A stretch of 64,000 nt of DNA from Glycera tridactyla (taxonomy: Eukaryota). A program made the position numbers and the translations under genes. Within the stretch, counting starts at the first letter, position 1. The number at the start of each line of letters is the position of its first letter. Below, piece by piece: positions 13,401 through 25,400 of this stretch. The DNA lies in contig OZ286469.1 in NCBI GenBank assembly GCA_965644265.1, positions 54,932,001 through 54,996,000 on the forward strand, read 5' to 3'. The notes beneath the pieces were generated by a model. That model saw only the letters and a list, made by a program, of their open reading frames with translations. It did not search any database and had not been told where the DNA came from.

Positions 13401-16400
13401 TGGTTCCTCTTACATACCAGATCCGATAGTATTTCCTGACCTGAAAAGTGCTATGTCTGCTGCTGCCGCTGGTAAAGGAAACCGTGGTGGATCACAGAGT
13501 GCGAAACGCGGTCAGCGTCATGGCCAAAATCGAACGAGCCGCAGTGGAGGGAAGAACTCATAGCGCATGTGTAGTCGGCTATATCCGGGCCGAACACGAG
13601 AAACAATATGACAAGTTACGCGAATCAAATAGCGAAAAGAAGATGTATAGAGTGGGATGAAGGCTATCGCAATACGGTAATATATTGAATAACTTCTTAG
13701 GAGTGTATTGGCAAAGTGTATTGCATATGAATTGAATGAAACGGTGATTATAGATCGGTAAACAATGTAGTGCTCACGCCCACGTGTACACTTGACCCGG
13801 ATTGACCACATGGTACGCGCACGTGTGCGCTTTATAGAAACAATACTTCGAGTTAGAATGAATGGTTTTCTTGCCCTGATTAGGACTATTATCTAAATTG
13901 CTCTCGCCAAAGAGTTGATCAGTTTGGGAATATAATTATTACTGGCGGACTATTTTCCACTGAATTTATTGACAGGTAAAATTTATTCGCTTACTAATAA
14001 AAATTTATTGCACGCCCCATAAATAATTATTTCATGATTTATTGCAGATTAAACCGCCTGTGGCTGAACAGATAGCAAAAGATCGAGTAACACTGTTACC
14101 AGAAAACTGCCCGATATATCGTAGAAGACGACAATTGGAGATTCGAGGTGCACCACGGGTGCTTTACCTGTGCAGCAGTCATGTGTGGCGCTTAGGAAAG
14201 TTCGTTAGGAATATGTCGGATGATGACAACTTGAAAGAAGTTATGTCAGCATGGTCTTACTATGGGATCAGTGGGGCAAGCTGGGCCTGCTTTGCCAAAG
14301 AAGTCCGTGGCTCCTTTGCCAATACTCCAGCAGGAGCCAAGAAAGCCAGGATGTATGGTGATACACTTACAAAGATAAAATCCCAGGGAATCACTTTTGA
14401 CTATATTGTTTTAGTATTGGGGTCAAATGACATTGGGCGTTTTTCAACTAGAACAAAGTCTGCAGTGTACCGCATTGTGGACCCGAGAATTCGAAATAGA
14501 ATGATCACCAAAATGAGAATGGATGAATTCAAATTTCTGACTGGAAAGATAGTGGAGATACTGCTCATGTTGAAGAGTCATTTTCCATTAGCCAAATTCA
14601 GCAATATTCCCATTACTTGGCGCCCGGATTGGGATGATGAGTCACGTGTCTTGGCGCTATGGGTGAATCATTATCTGAGCAACCATGGTCCAGTTGAAAT
14701 GATGTTTCTACATACTCACTATTTGTTTGTCAAAGCGTACAGGCACATTAAGCCTGCCTTCAGTCTCCATGGAAAAAAGAAACCAAAGAAGAAGTCCTGT
14801 TCTCATGGAGAAATCCTCTCAGGTATGCTATTGCCAGATAGGGTACATTTGAACAATCATGGAAATCGTGCTGTTTGTCTTAATACAGTTGGGGGTCTAA
14901 TGGACAATTGGTTCTATGCAAGTTAGGAAAGAGTTGACCATAAACCAGATTTCTATCACATTAGATTATATTATGTAATGGTGTAATTATATTATATTAT
15001 GCTTATATTCTTCCACATAGGAGTATCGATGTTTGATTGGATATCCCTGGAACAGAGTATGAGGGAGATGTGCCACTGACATATAATGTCCATTAAAAAA
15101 AAAACTTGGTTTATAGCAAAAATTTTTTTTATAGGTATTGAAATGCATATATTACCTCAGGCTCTTACCGTTTGGTGGTCCTTGGGGAAATACTAAATGC
15201 AACTTCCAAATTTAAGAGGATCTCGGAAATTAAAATGTAAATGGAACATTATGTGTGACTCTGAGGTACCATGAATGAAGAGATGTTTGTCAAGTAAGTG
15301 CAAAAAATTGATATATGTTTCACATGTATGTGCTAGTAAGGTGAGGAACAAACAGCAAAACAAAATCAATAACAAAAGAAAAAAATTCCTACGTCTTTAT
15401 TCTGTTGTCTAGGGGCTTTGTCTTGGATGCCGGTTAGTGAAGATTGAAAAACACAATGTGTCCCAGGTTTTCACCGTTTGGATGATCCTTGTGGCAATAT
15501 ACTGTGTTGATATGTGAACTCACTGATTGGCATCTACGACATGGCCCTGGACCAATGGATGAATACGACAGACATGTTCTATAGTTTGTTTTAATGATGC
15601 GTAACTTTTATAAATCTAATAGAAATGAGCAATGGAGATCATTGTTAATCTAAGTGTGGGGGCATCGTAATATGAAACTACAACGGTACTTATCCCTTCT
15701 GGATGGGTGTTAAGAAATTTTACACAATATGTCGATATTGTTCGGCGACATGGATGACTCATCCCAGTATATACCGAGAAGTAATCTTATGCTGCTAATG
15801 GAATTTAAAATCATCACAGGTTCTTACCATTAGTGTGGTCCTTGTGAGGATGATGATACTTTAGAACAAAGCAGCATTGGAATTATGCAAGGATCAAATG
15901 GATGAGATTCCAGAGCTGGATTTATGTATTGACATGGTGAAAAGTAGAAGAATTTGTGTTCAAATCATTCTGTGTATATTCCCATACTATGTTTTGCATT
16001 TAAAACAAAAGCGTTATACAAACAGAGTTTTTTCCGGATAGATGAGGGAGGTTGACTTCATTCACATTTTGTTGAATTTCCCTCTATTTATGTTAACTGT
16101 AGACGCTGCCAGGGAGATTGTATATTTGTGAATTGTGGTAGGATACTATTGGAACAATGTAATATCTAATTCTTAATCGCATATAGACAAGCTCGTATGT
16201 ACTATTTATTATTATGTATTGACTGGGTTTGAAAATTGCATACTTGGTCGACATCATGTGATGACACTTGAGATGCATTAAGAACCACAATTTTTATTGC
16301 TGGCTTCATCTCAAATATGTATTAAGTTGGTAGCTGTACACTCTGAGAGTCAGTCAATTATTTCTTTATTACCTTATTTTATTTTATTTTATTTTCAAAT

Positions 16401-19400
16401 GAAGGGAGTTGACCTCATCCACATAGTTGTTGAAATTCCCCTTTATTAAGTGGGTATTTGCACATCCTGGGAGTCAATTAATTATTTCTTATTTTGTTTC
16501 ATTTCCCATATTGTCATGTTATATCATGTCATGATGAACTTATTTCCCGAAAAACTAGTTTGACAACGGTAATGAACTCATGTAGTTTAGTATCGTAAAT
16601 TAATTTAACGAGTGGCTAGACCAGACTTTTTTTGCCTGAATAGGCACCAGGAATTACTAACTTTTCTCATACTTAGACAATAATGATCGGGAGTATGGCC
16701 ATTTTGGGTCAGGAACAACCTCGATAGAATGGGAAGCGAGCATGTGCAGCCAGGCGAGTCTGACGGACGGTGATACTGATAAATCATCAGACCATGACAA
16801 AATAGACATCCCTACTAATCACTTGAATGTTGACAGCGCTGCTGCTAGTATTCCTGTTGGGAAAACAAGTGAAGATCTAAGCAGAATACCTAAATTGGAT
16901 ATGAGCTGGGTAACCGAATCGATTACTTTTCAAAAGCTGTTAGATGAAAAAATTGCTCTAGCTGTTACTGACAATGTGGCGTTAAGTGCGAACCTGGATA
17001 GGCTGTCACTCACTCTTGTATCAAATCATGCGGATAACATTCTAAATGAAAAGATTCAACAGAGGATAGACGACGTTCAAAACAAATGTAGAATGGATAT
17101 GGAAGCCTATGTGGAGGATACTGTAAAGGGAACTACTGAAGTATGTAAAGAAGAGCTTCTTGAAAAACATTCAACACTTGCTACCATAGTTCAAGATCAG
17201 AACACTCGGATTAATACTATTGAATCGCGTTTGAATAGCTATGCGGCAGAGGTTGATCAAGAACTTAAGTCGTTGAAAGCGGCTAGGATTGTTGACCCCC
17301 CAAGGATAGGAGAAGATTCTCAACAGTACGAGGAAATGGATCTACAGGAGATGAAGGAACTAATTGCACTTTTATGTCTTCGATTAGAAGAACATGATTC
17401 GAGATTGGAAAAGACTGAAATTGATATTGATATCCTTCAAAAAATTGAAAGACTTAGTGTGATCATTGTGGAAGGTATGCCCTTCAAACGAGGTTCTACT
17501 TTACTGGACCAGTTGACTAAATTTCTGAAAGATCAGATTGGTGTACAGGTAACAGGTGCAGATATATCGCAAGTTGTTCGTTTCGGCCCTGTTCGAGAAA
17601 ACAAACCCAGATCATTGCTGGTTAGATTCTGCAATTCAAACATGCGTAGAGTTGTTTTGAAACAAAAACACAAGTTGCACAAGACTGAGTATTTTATTCG
17701 AGAATTCCTCACGCCATGGGAGAGCAAACTCTTCAATCTTGCAAGGGACACAAAAAGGCAAAGTCTTATAAAATTTGCCTGGACCCAGGATGGAAGGGTT
17801 TGCGTCTCTCATGGTCGAGAGGAAAAGAAATTCATCCTGTATGACCATACCACGTTGCATGATGCGATCAACAAAGGAGGTGATAGTACACAGCAGGGAC
17901 ATGGACCTGATGTTGGTGAGACTGTTGGGGGAGACAAGACACGTGACTGACAATGCTCAGATGGGGTCATAGATGAAACAGTATCCAACATGGAAACTAA
18001 TGATTCTGTGGACCCAAATACTACCGCGATACCTTGTAGTTTCTCAGACTTCATACCACCCACTTTCAAAATACCACATTCACAAAAAAAAGATAAAACT
18101 CTACCCAAACCTGACAAAGACCCACACCTTTCTAAACAACCATGGAATCTGGTTAAAGCAGGGAAATCGCTACAAAGAATGAGAGAAAAAGTGGGAAACG
18201 AAATGAAAAAGGGTAAAGATATGAAACAGCCTAAAATCAGTTTTGGTTCCTCTTACATACCAGATCCGATAGTATTTCCTGACCTGAAAAGTGCTATGTC
18301 TGCTGCTGCCGCTGGTAAAGGAAACCGTGGTGGATCACAGAGTGCGAAACGCGGTCAGCGTCATGGCCAAAATCGAACGAGCCGCAGTGGAGGGAAGAAC
18401 TCATAGCGCATGTGTAGTCGGCTATATCCGGGCCGAACACGAGAAACAATATGACAAGTTACGCGAATCAAATAGCGAAAAGAAGATGTATAGAGTGGGA
18501 TGAAGGCTATCGCAATACGGTAATATATTGAATAACTTCTTAGGAGTGTATTGGCAAAGTGTATTGCATATGAATTGAATGAAACGGTGATTATAGATCG
18601 GTAAACAATGTAGTGCTCACGCCCACGTGTACACTTGACCCGGATTGACCACATGGTACGCGCACGTGTGCGCTTTATAGAAACAATACTTCGAGTTAGA
18701 ATGAATGGTTTTCTTGCCCTGATTAGGACTATTATCTAAATTGCTCTCGCCAAAGAGTTGATCAGTTTGGGAATATAATTATTACTGGCGGACTATTTTC
18801 CACTGAATTTATTGACAGGTAAAATTTATTCGCTTACTAATAAAAATTTATTGCACGCCCCATAAATAATTATTTCATGATTTATTGCAGATTAAACCGC
18901 CTGTGGCTGAACAGATAGCAAAAGATCGAGTAACACTGTTACCAGAAAACTGCCCGATATATCGTAGAAGACGACAATTGGAGATTCGAGGTGCACCACG
19001 GGTGCTTTACCTGGGCAGCAGTCATGTGTGGCGCTTAGGAAAGTTCGTTAGGAATATGTCGGATGATGACAACTTGAAAGAAGTTATGTCAGCATGGTCT
19101 TACTATGGGATCAGTGGGGCAAGCTGGGCCTGCTTTGCCAAAGAAGTCCGTGGCTCCTTTGCCAATACTCCAGCAGGAGCCAAGAAAGCCAGGATGTATG
19201 GTGATACACTTACAAAGATAAAATCCCAGGGAATCACTTTTGACTATATTGTTTTAGTATTGGGGTCAAATGACATTGGGCGTTTTTCAACTAGAACAAA
19301 GTCTGCAGTGTACCGCATTGTGGACCCGAGAATTCGAAATAGAATGATCACCAAAATGAGAATGGATGAATTCAAATTTCTGACTGGAAAGATAGTGGAG

Positions 19401-22400
19401 ATACTGCTCATGTTGAAGAGTCATTTTCCATTAGCCAAATTCAGCAATATTCCCATTACTTGGCGCCCGGATTGGGATGATGAGTCACGTGTCTTGGCGC
19501 TATGGGTGAATCATTATCTGAGCAACCATGGTCCAGTTGAAATGATGTTTCTACATACTCACTATTTGTTTGTCAAAGCGTACAGGCACATTAAGCCTGC
19601 CTTCAGTCTCCATGGAAAAAAGAAACCAAAGAAGAAGTCCTGTTCTCATGGAGAAATCCTCTCAGGTATGCTATTGCCAGATAGGGTACATTTGAACAAT
19701 CATGGAAATCGTGCTGTTTGTCTTAATACAGTTGGGGGTCTACTGGACAATTGGTTCTATGCAAGTTAGGAAAGAGTTGACCATAAACCAGATTTCTATC
19801 ACATTAGATTATATTATGTAATGGTGTAATTATATTATATTATGCTTATATTCTTCCACATAGGAGTATCGATGTTTGATTGGATATCCCTGGAACAGAG
19901 TATGAGGGAGATGTGCCACTGACATATAATGTCCATTAAAAAAAAAACTTGGTTTATAGCAAAAAAAATTTTTATAGGTATTGAAATGCATATATTACCT
20001 CAGGCTCTTACCGTTTGGTGGTCCTTGGGGAAATACTAAATGCAACTTCCAAATTTAAGAGGATCTCGGAAATTAAAATGTAAATGGAACATTATGTGTG
20101 ACTCTGAGGTACCATGAATGAAGAGATGTTTGTCAAGTAAGTGCAAAAAATTGATATATGTTTCACATGTATGTGCTAGTAAGGTGAGGAACAAACAGCA
20201 AAACAAAATCAATAACAAAAGAAAAAAATTCCTACGTCTTTATTCTGTTGTCTAGGGGCTTTGTCTTGGATGCCGGTTAGTGAAGATTGAAAAACACAAT
20301 GTGTCCCAGGTTTTCACCGTTTGGATGATCCTTGTGGCAATATACTGTGTTGATATGTGAACTCACTGATTGGCATCTACGACATGGCCCTGGACCAATG
20401 GATGAATACGACAGACATGTTCTATAGTTTGTTTTAATGATGCGTAACTTTTATAAATCTAATAGAAATGAGCAATGGAGATCATTGTTAATCTAAGTGT
20501 GGGGGCATCGTAATATGAAACTACAACGGTACTTATCCCTTCTGGATGGGTGTTAAGAAATTTTACACAATATGTCGATATTGTTCGGCGACATGGATGA
20601 CTCATCCCAGTATATACCGAGAAGTAATCTTATGCTGCTAATGGAATTTAAAATCATCACAGGTTCTTACCATTAGTGTGGTCCTTGTGAGGATGATGAT
20701 ACTTTAGAACAAAGCAGCATTGGAATTATGCAAGGATCAAATGGATGAGATTCCAGAGCTGGATTTATGTATTGACATGGTGAAAAGTAGAAGAATTTGT
20801 GTTCAAATCATTCTGTGTATATTCCCATACTATGTTTTGCATTTAAAACAAAAGCGTTATACAAACAGAGTTTTTTCCGGATAGATGAGGGAGGTTGACT
20901 TCATTCACATTTTGTTGAATTTCCCTCTATTTATGTTAACTGTAGACGCTGCCAGGGAGATTGTATATTTGTGAATTGTGGTAGGATACTATTGGAACAA
21001 TGTAATATCTAATTCTTAATCGCATATAGACAAGCTCGTATGTACTATTTATTATTATGTATTGACTGGGTTTGAAAATTGCATACTTGGTCGACATCAT
21101 GTGATGACACTTGAGATGCATTAAGAACCACAATTTTTATTGCTGGCTTCATCTCAAATATGTATTAAGTTGGTAGCTGTACACTCTGAGAGTCAGTCAA
21201 TTATTTCTTTATTACCTTATTTTATTTTATTTTATTTTCAAATGAAGGGAGTTGACCTCATCCACATAGTTGTTGAAATTCCCCTTTATTAAGTGGGTAT
21301 TTGCACATCCTGGGAGTCAATTAATTATTTCTTATTTTGTTTCATTTCCCATATTGTCATGTTATATCATGTCATGATGAACTTATTTCCCGAAAAACTA
21401 GTTTGACAACGGTAATGAACTCATGTAGTTTAGTATCGTAAATTAATTTAACGAGTGGCTAGACCAGACTTTTTTTGCCTGAATAGGCACCAGGAATTAC
21501 TAACTTTTCTCATACTTAGACAATAATGATCGGGAGTATGGCCATTTTGGGTCAGGAACAACCTCGATAGAATGGGAAGCGAGCATGTGCAGCCAGGCGA
21601 GTCTGACGGACGGTGATACTGATAAATCATCAGACCATGACAAAATAGACATCCCTACTAATCACTTGAATGTTGACAGCGCTGCTGCTAGTATTCCTGT
21701 TGGGAAAACAAGTGAAGATCTAAGCAGAATACCTAAATTGGATATGAGCTGGGTAACCGAATCGATTACTTTTCAAAAGCTGTTAGATGAAAAAATTGCT
21801 CTAGCTCTTACTGACTATGTGGCGTTAAGTGCGAACCTGGATAGGCTGTCACTCACTCTTGTATCAAATCATGCGGATAACATTCTAGATGAAAAGATTC
21901 AACAGAGGATAGACGACGTTCAAAACAAATGTAGAATGGATATGGAAGCCTATGTGGAGGATACTGTAAAGGGAACTACTGAAGTATGTAAAGAAGAGCT
22001 TCTTGAAAAACATTCAACACTTGCTACCATAGTTCAAGATCAGAACACTCGGATTAATACTATTGAATCGCGTTTGAATAGCTATGCGGCAGAGGTTGAT
22101 CAAGAACTTAAGTCGTTGAAAGCGGCTAGGATTGTTGACCCCCCAAGGATAGGAGAAGATTCTCAACAGTACGAGGAAATGGATCTACCGGAGATGAAGG
22201 AACTAATTGCACTTTTATGTCTTCGATTAGAAGAACATGATTCGAGATTGGAAAAGACTGAAATTGATATTGATATCCTTCAAAAAATTGAAAGACTTAG
22301 TGTGATCATTGTGGAAGGTATGCCCTTCAAACGAGGTTCTACTTTACTGGACCAGTTGACTAAATTTCTGAAAGATCAGATTGGTGTACAGGTAACAGGT

Positions 22401-25400
22401 GCAGATATATCGCAAGTTGTTCGTTTCGGCCCTGTTCGAGAAAACAAACCCAGATCATTGCTGGTTAGATTCTGCAATTCAAACATGCGTAGAGTTGTTT
22501 TGAAACAAAAACACAAGTTGCACAAGACTGAGTATTTTATTCGAGAATTCCTCACGCCATGGGAGAGCAAACTCTTCAATCTTGCAAGGGACACAAAAAG
22601 GCAAAGTCTTATAAAATTTGCCTGGACCCAGGATGGAAGGGTTTGCGTCTCTCATGGTCGAGAGGAAAAGAAATTCATCCTGTATGACCATACCACGTTG
22701 CATGATGCGATCAACAAAGGAGGTGATAGTACACAGCAGGGACATGGACCTGATGTTGGTGAGACTGTTGGGGGAGACAAGACACGTGACTGACAATGCT
22801 CAGATGGGGTCATAGATGAAACAGTATCCAACATGGAAACTAATGATTCTGTGGACCCAAATACTACCGCGATACCTTGTAGTTTCTCAGACTTCATACC
22901 ACCCACTTTCAAAATACCACATTCACAAAAAAAAGATAAAACTCTACCCAAACCTGACAAAGACCCACACCTTTCTAAACAACCATGGAATCTGGTTAAA
23001 GCAGGGAAATCGCTACAAAGAATGAGAGAAAAAGTGGGAAACGAAATGAAAAAGGGTAAAGATATGAAACAGCCTAAAATCAGTTTTGGTTCCTCTTACA
23101 TACCAGATCCGATAGTATTTCCTGACCTGAAAAGTGCTATGTCTGCTGCTGCCGCTGGTAAAGGAAACCGTGGTGGATCACAGAGTGCGAAACGCGGTCA
23201 GCGTCATGGCCAAAATCGAACGAGCCGCAGTGGAGGGAAGAACTCATAGCGCATGTGTAGTCGGCTATATCCGGGCCGAACACGAGAAACAATATGACAA
23301 GTTACGCGAATCAAATAGCGAAAAGAAGATGTATAGAGTGGGATGAAGGCTATCGCAATACGGTAATATATTGAATAACTTCTTAGGAGTGTATTGGCAA
23401 AGTGTATTGCATATGAATTGAATGAAACGGTGATTATAGATCGGTAAACAATGTAGTGCTCACGCCCACGTGTACACTTGACCCGGATTGACCACATGGT
23501 ACGCGCACGTGTGCGCTTTATAGAAACAATACTTCGAGTTAGAATGAATGGTTTTCTTGCCCTGATTAGGACTATTATCTAAATTGCTCTCGCCAAAGAG
23601 TTGATCAGTTTGGGAATATAATTATTACTGGCGGACTATTTTCCACTGAATTTATTGACAGGTAAAATTTATTCGCTTACTAATAAAAATTTATTGCACG
23701 CCCCATAAATAATTATTTCATGATTTATTGCAGATTAAACCGCCTGTGGCTGAACAGATAGCAAAAGATCGAGTAACACTGTTACCAGAAAACTGCCCGA
23801 TATATCGTAGAAGACGACAATTGGAGATTCGAGGTGCACCACGGGTGCTTTACCTGGGCAGCAGTCATGTGTGGCGCTTAGGAAAGTTCGTTAGGAATAT
23901 GTCGGATGATGACAACTTGAAAGAAGTTATGTCAGCATGGTCTTACTATGGGATCAGTGGGGCAAGCTGGGCCTGCTTTGCCAAAGAAGTCCGTGGCTCC
24001 TTTGCCAATACTCCAGCAGGAGCCAAGAAAGCCAGGATGTATGGTGATACACTTACAAAGATAAAATCCCAGGGAATCACTTTTGACTATATTGTTTTAG
24101 TATTGGGGTCAAATGACATTGGGCGTTTTTCAACTAGAACAAAGTCTGCAGTGTACCGCATTGTGGACCCGAGAATTCGAAATAGAATGATCACCAAAAT
24201 GAGAATGGATGAATTCAAATTTCTGACTGGAAAGATAGTGGAGATACTGCTCATGTTGAAGAGTCATTTTCCATTAGCCAAATTCAGCAATATTCCCATT
24301 ACTTGGCGCCCGGATTGGGATGATGAGTCACGTGTCTTGGCGCTATGGGTGAATCATTATCTGAGCAACCATGGTCCAGTTGAAATGATGTTTCTACATA
24401 CTCACTATTTGTTTGTCAAAGCGTACAGGCACATTAAGCCTGCCTTCAGTCTCCATGGAAAAAAGAAACCAAAGAAGAAGTCCTGTTCTCATGGAGAAAT
24501 CCTCTCAGGTATGCTATTGCCAGATAGGGTACATTTGAACAATCATGGAAATCGTGCTGTTTGTCTTAATACAGTTGGGGGTCTACTGGACAATTGGTTC
24601 TATGCAAGTTAGGAAAGAGTTGACCATAAACCAGATTTCTATCACATTAGATTATATTATGTAATGGTGTAATTATATTATATTATGCTTATATTCTTCC
24701 ACATAGGAGTATCGATGTTTGATTGGATATCCCTGGAACAGAGTATGAGGGAGATGTGCCACTGACATATAATGTCCATTAAAAAAAAAACTTGGTTTAT
24801 AGCAAAAAAAATTTTTATAGGTATTGAAATGCATATATTACCTCAGGCTCTTACCGTTTGGTGGTCCTTGGGGAAATACTAAATGCAACTTCCAAATTTA
24901 AGAGGATCTCGGAAATTAAAATGTAAATGGAACATTATGTGTGACTCTGAGGTACCATGAATGAAGAGATGTTTGTCAAGTAAGTGCAAAAAATTGATAT
25001 ATGTTTCACATGTATGTGCTAGTAAGGTGAGGAACAAACAGCAAAACAAAATCAATAACAAAAGAAAAAAATTCCTACGTCTTTATTCTGTTGTCTAGGG
25101 GCTTTGTCTTGGATGCCGGTTAGTGAAGATTGAAAAACACAATGTGTCCCAGGTTTTCACCGTTTGGATGATCCTTGTGGCAATATACTGTGTTGATATG
25201 TGAACTCACTGATTGGCATCTACGACATGGCCCTGGACCAATGGATGAATACGACAGACATGTTCTATAGTTTGTTTTAATGATGCGTAACTTTTATAAA
25301 TCTAATAGAAATGAGCAATGGAGATCATTGTTAATCTAAGTGTGGGGGCATCGTAATATGAAACTACAACGGTACTTATCCCTTCTGGATGGGTGTTAAG

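Noticed and set aside
13976-14047. Alternative 72-nt intron (cag|GTAAAA..ttgcag) before the esterase exon
   Set aside because: An in-frame TGA (13970-13972) lies directly upstream and there is no counterpart in B; the 13677 donor is supported by homology.
11832-16676. Tandem array made by rolling-circle reverse transcription of a back-spliced circular RNA (unit starts at an AG|)
   Set aside because: The downstream breakpoint is followed by CTACTG, not GT, so there is no donor; variants shared between copies also fit DNA recombination better.
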